Below are positions 10,462 through 20,321 of a DNA stretch of 64,000 bases, in pieces. Made by a program: the position numbers and the translations under genes. The stretch's first letter is position 1. Each line of letters opens with the position of its first letter. The notes beneath the pieces were generated by a model. The model worked only from the letters and a program-made list of their open reading frames with translations. It had not been told where the DNA came from and did no database searches. The DNA is from Fidelibacterota bacterium (GTDB taxonomy: Bacteria > Fidelibacterota > JAANXI01), in assembly GCA_021734025.1 (NCBI GenBank), contig JAIPJS010000003.1, positions 92,332 through 156,331 of the forward strand, given 5' to 3'.

Positions 10462-11106
10462 ATGCTTCAGGAAGCATTTATACAGCTATTTACCGGCGAA
10501 AAGATCGTCTGGATGAATCTGGCGAACGCCGTGGAAATTGCAGGCTATGCAATCGTGATTGCCCTGCTGGTCAGCATTCCATTTGGCCTTCTGATCGGGA
10601 TTGAGCGTTTTCCCGGAAAACGCCTGCTCCTGTTCCTGGTTCATCTCTGGATGTATGTCCCGGCTGTCGGCCTCGGTATATTTCTGTATTACCAGTCAAC
10701 CGGTGAATTTATTTCCCCAATCGGACTCATCCTCTGGAGTGCAATACTGATTATCCCATTGATGACAGGGCTGATTGCCGATATCCTTCTGGAGCGGGAC
10801 CAGCGAGTTGACGAGGAAATCTATGCACTCGGTGCCTCGAAATTGCAGATGTACTTTACCCAGATGAATGAAAAGCGAACAGCAATTTACGGCGCCATCT
10901 CTGGAGGCTTCGCCCGGATATTTATTGAAATTGGTTCGTTTTACCTCGTGCTCAGTTTCCTGTTTGGACAAGGATTTCCATCGAAGCCGGTATTCAATTT
11001 GTCTGGAGCCAGTGCGCACCTCGCTGTTGCGCTGGGGTTATTCCTTATCGGCGGAATAATTTATCTCGGTATTCATTTTCTGCAATTCTACCGGAGGCGT
11101 TTATAG
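10462..11106 (+). CDS. ABC transporter permease (binding-protein-dependent type, TupB/ModB-like size)
   Basis: 214 aa with about 5 predicted TM segments. An EAA-like loop (YALGASKLQMYF...) lies before the last TMs. Directly followed by an ABC ATPase. Confidence 0.6.
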   Translation: MLQEAFIQLFTGEKIVWMNLANAVEIAGYAIVIALLVSIPFGLLIGIERFPGKRLLLFLVHLWMYVPAVGLGIFLYYQSTGEFISPIGLILWSAILIIPLMTGLIADILLERDQRVDEEIYALGASKLQMYFTQMNEKRTAIYGAISGGFARIFIEIGSFYLVLSFLFGQGFPSKPVFNLSGASAHLAVALGLFLIGGIIYLGIHFLQFYRRRL

Positions 11107-11817
11107 ATGCCGAACCTCATCGAAATTAGCGATATCCATCACCAGGTACATAAGCGCCTGTCTATCGATATCGATCAGCTCTTCTTCCAGGATGGGCCGA
11201 TCTATGGACTGATTGGTGAGGCCGGCTCGGGTAAAACAACTCTCCTGAGAATTTTAGCACTGCTCCAGCCGGTGGAAAAAGGAAAGATTACCGTATTTGA
11301 AACTCCGGCCGATGCGAAAAAACACCCGAAACAACTCCGTCGGCGCCTCGGCTATCTGCCACAGCAGCCCACGATGTTTTCCGGAACGGTGGCGGACAAT
11401 ATCGCCATGGGGCTCCATTTTCGACGAAAGGATGAAGAGGAAATTGAGGCGCGTGTAAAAAACCTGCTCGCGGAATTCCATTGTAGCGATCTGGGACGCG
11501 TACCGGCGAATCAACTCTCACGGGGACAACAACAGATTGTCGCCCTCTTGCGGACGCTGGCGCCTTACCCGGAAGTACTGCTGATGGATGAGCCCTCTAC
11601 GCACCTGGATAAGGATCAATACGATCTGTTTCTCAACTATATCAAAATGCTCAACAATGATCGTGGCGTTACTATTATACTTTCCACCAAGTCCAAAGAT
11701 ATTGTACGGCGGGTTGTGAATATTTCTATCAGCATGCGGTACGGCAAAATTGTCCGGATACGAACCGGGGAACACCAGCTCAAAGACGAAAACGGTTCAG
11801 GCCCCCGTATCTCGTGA
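11107..11817 (+). CDS. ABC transporter ATP-binding protein
   Basis: 236 aa. Walker A GEAGSGKTT, signature LSRGQQQ and Walker B LLMDEPSTHLD. Confidence 0.8.
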   Translation: MPNLIEISDIHHQVHKRLSIDIDQLFFQDGPIYGLIGEAGSGKTTLLRILALLQPVEKGKITVFETPADAKKHPKQLRRRLGYLPQQPTMFSGTVADNIAMGLHFRRKDEEEIEARVKNLLAEFHCSDLGRVPANQLSRGQQQIVALLRTLAPYPEVLLMDEPSTHLDKDQYDLFLNYIKMLNNDRGVTIILSTKSKDIVRRVVNISISMRYGKIVRIRTGEHQLKDENGSGPRIS

Positions 11818-12524
11818 CAGTAGACCGGAATCATCCCTGGGATTTAAGCCCCGCCGATGCCATACACCTCCAACAGGAAATTAAAGAACTGATCGTCCAT
11901 CACTGGGACAATCGAGAGGTCCGGACAATCGCAGGCGCGGATGTTTCGTATATCCGGCGGTGGCAACAGGCGTTTGCGGTTATAGCGCTGTTTGAAGTCG
12001 AATACGGTAGTTCCGGAATAATCCTGCATCACCTGAAATCGGTGACAGACTCCCGGGAGATAACGTATCCGTATATTCCCGGTCTTTTGGTGTTCCGGGA
12101 AGGCCCGGCGCTGGAAAGCGTCTGGCAACGCCTGGAGAAGAAACCGGATCTATTGATGTTTGATGGTGCGGGAATAGCCCATCCACGGCGATGCGGGTTG
12201 GCTGCACACCTGGGATGGCGGTGGAATATTCCGGCCATCGGATGCGCCAAGTCCCGGCTGACCGGTGAGGCGGAAGAGGTTGGTATCGAAAAAGGGGCAC
12301 ACGTTCCGTTATTCCACAAGAAAACGCAGATCGGAAACGTCGTTCGGACACGGACCCGGGTGAAACCGCTATACGTATCCCCGGGACACCTGATGGATTT
12401 TGAAACGGCGGTGGATTGGACCCTCCAAACTACAACAAAATACAAATTGCCCAAACCGACCAGAATTGCAGATAACCGGACTAAAAAGTTAGTGCGGGAA
12501 TATCAATCCACTCATGAAACCTGA
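11814..12524 (+). CDS. nfi: Endonuclease V (deoxyinosine 3' endonuclease)
   Basis: 236 aa. Conserved Nfi blocks GADVSY, YIPGLLVFREGP and DGAGIAHPRRCGLAAHLG. Overlaps the upstream stop by 4 nt. Confidence 0.85.
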   Translation: MTVDRNHPWDLSPADAIHLQQEIKELIVHHWDNREVRTIAGADVSYIRRWQQAFAVIALFEVEYGSSGIILHHLKSVTDSREITYPYIPGLLVFREGPALESVWQRLEKKPDLLMFDGAGIAHPRRCGLAAHLGWRWNIPAIGCAKSRLTGEAEEVGIEKGAHVPLFHKKTQIGNVVRTRTRVKPLYVSPGHLMDFETAVDWTLQTTTKYKLPKPTRIADNRTKKLVREYQSTHET

Positions 12525-12656
12525 GTTTACGGATATTGACGATGTTCGTAAAATTGAGCCTCTGGTAGCCGTCACAGTGTACCGAAATTATACGACCGGT
12601 ATCCCTTGTAAAATATTCCGTTTCACACTATCGTCGAATCCCGTAAATTATAGTCT

Positions 12657-13316
12657 ATGACAGCATCGTCGCTACGGCAGGAACGGGAAAATATGGTGAA
12701 GGTCCAGCTGAAAAGGCGGAATATTGCTGACAAGCGGGTACTGGATGCCTTTCTGAAGGTCCCCCGCCACGAATTTGTCCCGGAGAAATATCGGAAATCG
12801 GCATATACTGACAATCCGATCCCTATCGGATATGACCAAACCATCAGTCAGCCGTATGTGGTGGCACATATGCTGGAGGAGGTCTCGATTCAGGAGACCG
12901 ACCGGGTGCTTGATATCGGTACAGGATCAGGGTACGCTGCGGCAGTTGCAAGTCTGCTATGTGATAGGGTTTACGGCGTTGAGCGGATTAAACCGTTAGC
13001 CGAGCGAGCGCAGCGGGTGTTAACATCACTGGGGTATGACAATGTGGAGGTGAAATGTGGCGACGGTTTCAACGGTTGGCCGGAAAAATCGCCGTTCGAT
13101 GTTATAATGTTAGGAGCAGCACCGGCTGAGGTGCCTGACGCATTAAAAGAACAACTTGCAGACGGCGGGCGGTTAATAGCACCGGTCGGTGAATTGCAAC
13201 AGGAACTCGTGATTTTAATCCGGACTGGCCATTCATTTGAAGAAACAACTGGTACAATGGTTCGGTTTGTCCCAATGAAACACGGTAAATACTCAACAGA
13301 GGAGAATTCCAGATGA
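12657..13316 (+). CDS. pcm: Protein-L-isoaspartate O-methyltransferase
   Basis: 219 aa. ISQPYVVAHMLE and the SAM-binding motif VLDIGTGSGYAAAVAS. The true start may be the internal MVKVQL. Confidence 0.85.
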   Translation: MTASSLRQERENMVKVQLKRRNIADKRVLDAFLKVPRHEFVPEKYRKSAYTDNPIPIGYDQTISQPYVVAHMLEEVSIQETDRVLDIGTGSGYAAAVASLLCDRVYGVERIKPLAERAQRVLTSLGYDNVEVKCGDGFNGWPEKSPFDVIMLGAAPAEVPDALKEQLADGGRLIAPVGELQQELVILIRTGHSFEETTGTMVRFVPMKHGKYSTEENSR

Positions 13317-14038
13317 AACGGCTCTACAAATCCAGAACTGACCGGGTCATTGCAGGTGTCTGCGGCGGAGTTGGAGAATATTTTAACCTCGATCCCGTAT
13401 TGATCCGCATTTTGTGGGTGCTCTTTGCGGTATTGGGTGGCAGCGGAATTCTTGCCTATATCATCGGAATGATCATTATTCCGGAGCCACCTGAATCCGT
13501 AGCGGAAAACCACGGCTCTTCCACTCCGAAACGGGATCGCTCAACCACCCAAACGGTTTGGGGAGTTATTCTGATTGGCATTGGCCTAATTGTGTTGTTA
13601 CAACAATTCCATATTTTTCGGTTCTTCTCCGCCCGATTCTGGCATGTGAGCTGGGGAGTCATTTTTCCGATATTTATCATACTCATCGGAATACTTATCC
13701 TTTTCCGGCGTCAGGAGTCCCGAAAAAATACATCGAATGTATCCGACAGCGATGTGGGCGAAGAAGGTTCTAAATCAAATATTACCGGCGGAACAATTGT
13801 CCGCCCGAAACGGGACAGAAAACTTGCCGGAGTCTGTTCCGGGTTAGCGTACTACCTGGAAATCGATCCGACAATTGTGCGGTTATTATGGGTGATTGGC
13901 GTCTTTGCCACCGGCGGAGTTGCGGTGTTACTCTATATCATATTGGCTATTGTATTACCCGAAGATAGCTTTGAGGAATTTGACGATACTGCGTCTGCGC
14001 AGGCAAGCAGCTCACCTGGCGATAAAGGAAATACCTAA
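13313..14038 (+). CDS. Membrane protein with two tandem PspC domains
   Basis: 241 aa. Two copies of the PspC N-terminal motif (DRVIAGVCGGVGEYFNLDPVLIRILWVL... and DRKLAGVCSGLAYYLEIDPTIVRLLWVI...), each followed by a TM segment. Start overlaps the pcm stop (ATGA). Confidence 0.75.
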   Translation: MKRLYKSRTDRVIAGVCGGVGEYFNLDPVLIRILWVLFAVLGGSGILAYIIGMIIIPEPPESVAENHGSSTPKRDRSTTQTVWGVILIGIGLIVLLQQFHIFRFFSARFWHVSWGVIFPIFIILIGILILFRRQESRKNTSNVSDSDVGEEGSKSNITGGTIVRPKRDRKLAGVCSGLAYYLEIDPTIVRLLWVIGVFATGGVAVLLYIILAIVLPEDSFEEFDDTASAQASSSPGDKGNT

Positions 14039-14046
14039 ACGATTGT

Positions 14047-14604
14047 TCACTCCGAAAAGGTTGTATAGGCCTGGCGGGTTGGATGAACGGTGAGGGTATC
14101 ACTCTCGCTGATGAGGAGTAATTTCGAGTGTGGTTGAATTTGTAAATCGCCTACAATCCGCCAGGTGTTTTCTGCCAGAGTTGCGTGTAGTGTATCTCCA
14201 GCCGATGTAAGTACAACCTGTGTGCCCTCAGTTACCTCCCCAGCTATGGAGCCGTCCGACACTTCTGTTATAACCAGAAACGGTTTCCCTTTGCTAAGCC
14301 CCAGATGATACTGGTAGAGTGCCTCCAGAGAATCCCCATGTACCGGCGCTCCTCCTGGACCGGCTGCCATCTCGTCAACTGTATGCTTTAACTCTGCCGG
14401 GGAAAGATCCGCCGCAAACTGGTCACCATAGAATGAACCGCCCGGGCCGTGGCATCGGGCACACTGGTTATTAAAGTATGAGATAGGGCGGAAGTCCAGG
14501 GTTTTACTCCCGGCGACAGAATCGGCACCTGAGAGTGGTGGAATTTTGGCGATGAAGAAAAAGAGAATGCCGAGAAAACCTAACGGTAGAAGATATCTGT
14601 TCAT
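14047..14604 (-). CDS. Monoheme c-type cytochrome (periplasmic)
   Basis: Start taken as the internal ATG at 14604 (MNRYLLPLGFLGILFFF signal), which overlaps the stop of the upstream dehydrogenase (ATGA). Single CxxCH (CARCH). The track ORF extends further 5' but that region is inside the upstream gene. Confidence 0.7.
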   Translation of the reverse strand: MNRYLLPLGFLGILFFFIAKIPPLSGADSVAGSKTLDFRPISYFNNQCARCHGPGGSFYGDQFAADLSPAELKHTVDEMAAGPGGAPVHGDSLEALYQYHLGLSKGKPFLVITEVSDGSIAGEVTEGTQVVLTSAGDTLHATLAENTWRIVGDLQIQPHSKLLLISESDTLTVHPTRQAYTTFSE

Positions 14605-15812
14605 CAGCGACCAGTATATGTGATTCTGTAAACACGTCCGCCGTGGTCTCCGCTGAACAGAATTGAACCGTCTGGTGCCTCCACACAATCAACCGGGCGC
14701 TCCAGTACGGTTTCGCCGTCATCCGCCAGGGTCTGGACAATTTCCAGTTCACCGTACGGATCGCCGGTTACGTCGTCAAACAATACCCGGACGACGGCGT
14801 ATCCAACCTTGACACTGCTGTTCCAGGAACCGTGCTGAGCCACGAAGGCATCACCCTGATGGTCGGGAGGGAAGTGGTTATTTTCAAGGCTGACGAAGGT
14901 GAAGCCGTTGGTGGCCACGTGAGCTCCGAACATCCACTCCGGCGGTACCGTTTTCGACGCGAGATCAATGATATCGTCCCGGTCGTAATATTCGACGCGC
15001 GGCAGAATATTGCCCACGATAAACGGATGTCCGTAGAATTCGCCTTTTCGGTAATGGTTAAACTCATCCGGTGGATTGTGATCCGTAATCGGCTGTTGGG
15101 CACGAGTATCGCCGATGGGCCGCCCGTACCAGTCACTACCGTGATCGGCGCCCCAAACTTCGTCAGTACCAGGGCGAAACCGCAATTTTTCGGTGTTTCG
15201 GATACCGGAGACAAAGAGTTCTTTTTCCATCCCATCAAGTGAGTATTTCCAGATCTTCTGCCGCTCGGTCTCCGTCTGGATACTGATATTCCCGCCGTCA
15301 CCGATTGAGGTATATATTCCATCATCCCCCACTAGGAGTGAGCGCCACCAGTGTCCGCCTCCTTTGCTGTAGATTCTTTCTTCCGGGATCACCGTTTCTA
15401 CTTCGTTGGAAACGCCGTCTCCATCGGTATCGCGGCTTTTGTGTACGGCGCCGGTCTGGGTGAACCAGAGCCAGCCGTCTTTGTAGTGTAAACCGTGCAC
15501 TCTGGAATAATTTTCCACGTAAGTAGTACGGGATTCGAAGAATCCATCACCATCCTGGTCAGTGAGCCCGACGATATCTTCATGCCGCGGTCGGCTGACA
15601 TACAAGGTACCGTCGTCGCCCATCTCCAGGAATCGGGCATTATCCAGATTATCTACGGCGAGTGTGACTTCGTAACCCGGACGTACCTTAAAGTCCGGCA
15701 AATCTTCCTCGGTCATATTTTGTGCACACGCAACGCCGGTAATACTAAAAAATGTTAAAACTATTGTTGCAATACCCATCGTTGGAATAGTGATAAAACG
15801 TATATATCTCAT
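14604..15812 (-). CDS. Soluble glucose/sorbosone dehydrogenase family (PQQ-dependent sugar dehydrogenase-like beta-propeller)
   Basis: 402 aa. Signal peptide. GSDH-family blocks (GGGHWWRSLLVGDDGIYTSIGD; NHYRKGEFYGHPF resembling the NYGWP block). Translationally coupled to the downstream cytochrome c. Confidence 0.7.
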   Translation of the reverse strand: MRYIRFITIPTMGIATIVLTFFSITGVACAQNMTEEDLPDFKVRPGYEVTLAVDNLDNARFLEMGDDGTLYVSRPRHEDIVGLTDQDGDGFFESRTTYVENYSRVHGLHYKDGWLWFTQTGAVHKSRDTDGDGVSNEVETVIPEERIYSKGGGHWWRSLLVGDDGIYTSIGDGGNISIQTETERQKIWKYSLDGMEKELFVSGIRNTEKLRFRPGTDEVWGADHGSDWYGRPIGDTRAQQPITDHNPPDEFNHYRKGEFYGHPFIVGNILPRVEYYDRDDIIDLASKTVPPEWMFGAHVATNGFTFVSLENNHFPPDHQGDAFVAQHGSWNSSVKVGYAVVRVLFDDVTGDPYGELEIVQTLADDGETVLERPVDCVEAPDGSILFSGDHGGRVYRITYTGR

Positions 15813-15983
15813 TCGTCGCTTCTCCGGTTTGTGTATTCGCTATCGCCAATTGACGAAATAATTCATGCGTCCCTGTAACAGTCGCCATGTAGCCATGTAA
15901 ATATAATAAAAAATCGGTCTCACCCGTGACAATTGCAACATTTCCGTATTCAATCTTTAATATCCCCGTTTGGAATTCCGATG

Positions 15984-16000
15984 TTTTACAGAATTTTTAC
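15984..16000 (+). promoter_or_regulatory. Candidate Pho box (direct TTTTAC repeats at 11-bp spacing) upstream of phoB; the same 17-mer recurs upstream of pstS at 18194-18210
   Basis: TTTTACAGAATTTTTAC at 15984-16000 and TTTTACAAAATTTTTAC at 18194-18210. Each is followed by a further T-rich partial repeat and a -10-like TATACT/TAATACT. Confidence 0.4.
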
Positions 16001-16061
16001 TTTGGACTTTTTCCAGTCTGCTTTATACTTGTCTGACGAATTCATAATGGGAGATCTATTT

Positions 16062-16751
16062 GTGGCCAGACAAATCCTGATTGCCGACGACGAGGAAGAT
16101 TTTCTGGAAATTCTCACCTACAACCTTGAGAAGGAAGGATTTGACGTTATCGCAGTGCAGGATGGCAAAGCGGCAATGGATGCCCTGGATACTAATCCCG
16201 ATCTTATCATACTTGACGTGATGATGCCGGAGATGGACGGATACGAAGTGTGCAAGGCCATTCGCGCTAAAGGCATCGACACGCCGATTATTTTCCTGAC
16301 TGCCAAAGATTCGGAATTCGACGAAGTCCTGGGCCTGGAGATCGGCGGTGACGATTATATTACCAAGCCGTTCAGCCCGATGACGCTGATTGCCAGGGTA
16401 CGGGCTCATCTGCGCAAGTTACAATCCGAACCAACCCCAGAGATAATCCACATCGGCAAACTCGCCATCGATCCCGAGAATTATACGGTGAAATTGGATG
16501 GGGAAGAGATAGATTTTACCAAAACCGAATTTAATTTGCTTGCATATCTGGCGCAACGTCCCAATGTGGTCCACAGCCGGGAAACACTCTTGTCAAGTGT
16601 GTGGGGGAATGATACTTTTGTCATTGACCGAACCGTGGATGTTCATGTCGGGAAAGTCCGGAAAAAGCTAAAAGATTATGGCCAATATATTGAAACCAAG
16701 GCCGGCGTGGGATATCGACTGAACACCCGCCGAATTGAAAATGGGAATTAG
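16062..16751 (+). CDS. phoB: OmpR/PhoB family response regulator
   Basis: Receiver domain (ILIADDEED...ILDVMMPEMDG...TAKD) and winged-helix output domain. Start chosen as GTG at 16062 (MARQILIADDEED), 7 nt after a GGGAGA ribosome-binding site. The track ORF extends upstream through non-coding sequence. Confidence 0.8.
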   Translation: MARQILIADDEEDFLEILTYNLEKEGFDVIAVQDGKAAMDALDTNPDLIILDVMMPEMDGYEVCKAIRAKGIDTPIIFLTAKDSEFDEVLGLEIGGDDYITKPFSPMTLIARVRAHLRKLQSEPTPEIIHIGKLAIDPENYTVKLDGEEIDFTKTEFNLLAYLAQRPNVVHSRETLLSSVWGNDTFVIDRTVDVHVGKVRKKLKDYGQYIETKAGVGYRLNTRRIENGN

Positions 16752-18165
16752 ACGCAGACTCCACCTCTCTTTTGGTGGGATTATAGTCGGCGGGCTTATC
16801 CTGCTCACCGTCTTACTCTCTATCCTCACAAAAAGTTATCTGTATGACCTGCTAACCGACAATCTCCGCAAGGAAGCACACGCTATTGAACAGATGCTGG
16901 AGTACCTGCCGGAGAATGAATTCGCTCTGGCACTGGATTCCCTCGCGACGACGCTCAGCCGACAACTGAAAATCCGGGTGACCTTCATGTCCGAAACCGG
17001 CGATGTTCTGGCGGACTCAGATGTGGACTATGCCGCTCTGGATACAGTGGAGAACCACATTAATCGCCCCGAAGTGGGCGAGGCCCGTGAGATTGGCTGG
17101 GGTACCGGCCGGCGCACCAGTGCTACAGTACAAGAGCCGTTTTTGTACGTCGCCATACATCAAATTGAGCCGGCAACTCCCGTGTCCTATGTCCGCTTGG
17201 CTATGCCGCTTAGTGAGGTCAACAGCACTGTCCTGCATTTACGGATGCTCCTGATCATCGGCGGTGTTATCATACTGATTATTGTGAGTGGCACGACCTT
17301 TTATATGTCTTCCCGGATTACGAATCCGTTGAATAAGATGGCGCGAACGGCGCAGGCCATTGCCGATGGAGATTACTCAGCGCGGACCAGGGTCTCCGGC
17401 GAGGATGAAATGGGTAAACTCGGCGATGCGCTGAACCGAATGGCTGAAACAATCGAATCCGACATCCGGCAGATGCGGAAACTGGAACGGATGCGCACCG
17501 AATTTATAGGAAATACTTCCCACGAGCTGAAGACGCCAATCGCGTCGATTAAGGGATACATTGAGACGTTGCTCTCTGGTGGGCTTGATGACAGAGAGGT
17601 GAATGTCCGGTTCCTGGAACGAACGCTACAGAATGCCGACCGCCTCCAGCTGCTAGTGCAGGATCTTATCCAGATATCCCGAATCGAGAGCGGTGAAATG
17701 CGGATGAGCCTCCGGTATTTTAATATCCTGGAGCTGGCCAGAGATCTTGAACAGGAATACGCCCCGCAATTCAGGGACAAAGCGGTCGATTGGCGGCTCA
17801 GGATACCGGAGCAGGGTGATTTGAAAGTCCGGGGGGATATGGCCAGGATTAAACAAGTACTCACCAATCTAATAACCAATGCAATGAAGTATACCCATGA
17901 GGGTGAGGTCGTACTGGAAATCGAAGATTGGGAGAACAAGGTCAAAATTGCTGTCAGGGACACCGGCCCCGGCATTCCTCCTGAATACCAAAGCCGGGTA
18001 TTCGAGCGGTTTTATCGGATCGATAAGGACCGCTCGCGCAACATCGGCGGCACCGGGTTGGGACTGGCTATCGTAAAACACATCGTCTCTGCTCACGGTT
18101 CGGAAATTCAGCTGGATAGCGACGGGCAATCCGGATCAACCTTCTGGTTCCTGCTTGAAAAATAG
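16735..18165 (+). CDS. phoR: Sensor histidine kinase, PhoR-like (TM-HAMP-HisKA-HATPase)
   Basis: 476 aa. N-terminal TM, second TM plus HAMP, H-box HELKTP, and N/G boxes (LTNLITNAMKYT; GGTGLGLAIVKHIV). Overlaps phoB by 17 nt. Confidence 0.85.
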   Translation: MKMGIRRRLHLSFGGIIVGGLILLTVLLSILTKSYLYDLLTDNLRKEAHAIEQMLEYLPENEFALALDSLATTLSRQLKIRVTFMSETGDVLADSDVDYAALDTVENHINRPEVGEAREIGWGTGRRTSATVQEPFLYVAIHQIEPATPVSYVRLAMPLSEVNSTVLHLRMLLIIGGVIILIIVSGTTFYMSSRITNPLNKMARTAQAIADGDYSARTRVSGEDEMGKLGDALNRMAETIESDIRQMRKLERMRTEFIGNTSHELKTPIASIKGYIETLLSGGLDDREVNVRFLERTLQNADRLQLLVQDLIQISRIESGEMRMSLRYFNILELARDLEQEYAPQFRDKAVDWRLRIPEQGDLKVRGDMARIKQVLTNLITNAMKYTHEGEVVLEIEDWENKVKIAVRDTGPGIPPEYQSRVFERFYRIDKDRSRNIGGTGLGLAIVKHIVSAHGSEIQLDSDGQSGSTFWFLLEK

Positions 18166-18357
18166 AGAAATGTGTCTGGCCGTCTGCCGGGATTTTACAA
18201 AATTTTTACATATCTTTAATACTTGGATTACATTGATGTGTTACACTCATTTATCTATGAGAGGGAAAATATTGTCTAAAGTAATATCGCCGGGTTTAAG
18301 TCAACAATCTTCATTTCATTTTATAACTTACACATCGGCTAAAATTGAGGGGGCATC

Positions 18358-19356
18358 ATGAAGAAAGTATTACTGTTTGTTACCGCGGCATTCTTATTAA
18401 TTGGATGTGGCCAAAAGCAGCAAGAGGGCATCACCGGGAAAATTTCAATTGATGGATCAAGCACAGTGTACCCAATCACCGAGGCGGTGGCTGAGGAGTT
18501 TATGAAGGAGTACAGTCGGGTACGTGTGACCGTTGGCACGAGCGGTTCCGGGGGCGGCTTCCAGAAGTTTACTTCCAAAGAGACAGATATCTCGGATGCG
18601 TCGCGCCCTATCAAAGAGACTGAAATTTCCAAGGCGAAGAAGAATGGCGTGCAATTTATCGAACTCCCGGTGGCGTTCGATGGATTATCCGTGGTCGTGA
18701 ATCCGAAAAATGACTGGGTGGACTATTTAACTGTCGAAGACCTGGAGCGGATGTGGAAACCGGAAGCCCAGGGAAAAATTACGCGCTGGAGCCAGGTTCG
18801 ATCCGAATGGCCGGACAGGGAGTTAAACCTGTATGGTCCGGGTGTCTCCTCCGGGACGTTTGACTACTTTACGGAAGCAGTTGTTGGCAGAGAAGGTGCA
18901 AGCCGGGGCGATTATACCGCCAGCGAAGACGATAATGTGCTGGTGCAGGGCGTAGCCGGTGATATCAATGCACTCGGTTTTTTCGGATTTGCATACTACC
19001 ATGAGAATCAGGACAGGCTCAAAATTGTGCCCATCGATGACGGAAATCCGGATAACGGTAAAGGCCCGATTGCTCCGACTTTTCAAACCATTGGGAACGG
19101 GACATACCAGCCGCTGGCCAGACCGTTGTTTATCTACGTTAGAGAGGAATCAGCGAACCGGGCAGAGGTGCAGGAATTTATTCACTTCTTCTTTGAAAAT
19201 GCCCCCCAACTGGTACAGGAGGTTGGCTATATTCCGCTGAGCGACACCACATACGCGCATGCAATGGATCGGTTCGAGGAGCGGGTAACGGGATCTGTGT
19301 TCAGCGGCGGCTCCCAGGTCGGTGTTAACATCAATGAACTGCTGCAGACCCGGTAA
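18358..19356 (+). CDS. pstS: Phosphate ABC transporter substrate-binding lipoprotein
   Basis: 332 aa. Lipoprotein signal (LLIGCGQ). PstS-like SGSGGGF and phosphate-binding blocks. First gene of the pstSCAB order. Confidence 0.85.
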   Translation: MKKVLLFVTAAFLLIGCGQKQQEGITGKISIDGSSTVYPITEAVAEEFMKEYSRVRVTVGTSGSGGGFQKFTSKETDISDASRPIKETEISKAKKNGVQFIELPVAFDGLSVVVNPKNDWVDYLTVEDLERMWKPEAQGKITRWSQVRSEWPDRELNLYGPGVSSGTFDYFTEAVVGREGASRGDYTASEDDNVLVQGVAGDINALGFFGFAYYHENQDRLKIVPIDDGNPDNGKGPIAPTFQTIGNGTYQPLARPLFIYVREESANRAEVQEFIHFFFENAPQLVQEVGYIPLSDTTYAHAMDRFEERVTGSVFSGGSQVGVNINELLQTR

Positions 19357-19394
19357 CGGTAACCGTCATATACCGAGGAGTTCAGGGGTAAAAC

Positions 19395-20321
19395 GTGAGT
19401 AGTACCCAAAAATATCGTGGATTTCGACTGCCCCGGAAGCAGTATATTACGGAGAGAATCATTCGGGGCCTGCTGTTTGGAAGCGGAATTCTCTCCATCT
19501 TTGTAACGATCAGCATTGTGGTTATCCTGGTCCTGGAATCGTCTAAATTTTTTGGCTATGAAGATGTGAGTCTGATCAAATTCCTGACAGATACCCAGTG
19601 GACCCCGTTATTTGCAGACAAGCACTTCGGTATTATGCCGCTGCTAGTCGGAACGCTGATGGTGGCATTTATCGCCTTACTGGTGGCGCTGCCGCTGGGA
19701 TTGTTGAGTGCCATCTATCTGAGCGAATATGCCAAGCGTAACGTGCGATCGTTTTTAAAACCTCTGTTAGAGATTCTGGCGGGGATTCCGACAGTTGTAT
19801 ACGGATATTTTGCGCTGGTGACTGTCACGCCTTTCCTGCAGAAACTGATTCCGGGACTGGGCGTCTTTAATGCGTTGAGCGCCGGAATGGTGATGGGAAT
19901 TATGATTCTGCCGATGGTCTCCTCATTAAGCGAGGATGCCATTCGGGTGGTACCGCAGAGCCTCCGGAATGCATCAACTGCATTGGGTGCAACGAAGTTC
20001 GAGACCACAACGAAGGTGGTGGTCCCTGCGAGCCTGTCGGGAATCGTCTCGGCATTTATTCTGGCGGCATCCCGGGCCATCGGTGAAACGATGATCGTTG
20101 CCATTGCCGCCGGGATGAACCCCACACTTACGTTTAGCCCGTTCAATTCCGTAGAGACGATGACCGCGTATATCGTCCAGGTGAGTCTGGGGGATACTCC
20201 GGTGGGGACGCTGGAATACCAGAGCCTGTTTGCTGTGGGTATGGCGCTGTTTGTAATGACACTGTTCTTTAACCTTATCTCTCATTTAGTAGTGAAGCGC
20301 TACCGGGAGGTGTACCAATGA
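19395..20321 (+). CDS. pstC: Phosphate ABC transporter permease PstC
   Basis: 308 aa, six-TM permease. Synteny and similarity to PstC. Confidence 0.85.
   Translation: MSSTQKYRGFRLPRKQYITERIIRGLLFGSGILSIFVTISIVVILVLESSKFFGYEDVSLIKFLTDTQWTPLFADKHFGIMPLLVGTLMVAFIALLVALPLGLLSAIYLSEYAKRNVRSFLKPLLEILAGIPTVVYGYFALVTVTPFLQKLIPGLGVFNALSAGMVMGIMILPMVSSLSEDAIRVVPQSLRNASTALGATKFETTTKVVVPASLSGIVSAFILAASRAIGETMIVAIAAGMNPTLTFSPFNSVETMTAYIVQVSLGDTPVGTLEYQSLFAVGMALFVMTLFFNLISHLVVKRYREVYQ

Noticed and set aside
15933-16061. Upstream extension of the phoB ORF (MQHFRIQSLISPF...)
   Set aside because: It covers the promoter and Pho-box region. A GGGAGA ribosome-binding site followed by GTG at 16062 gives the canonical receiver N-terminus MARQILIADDEED.
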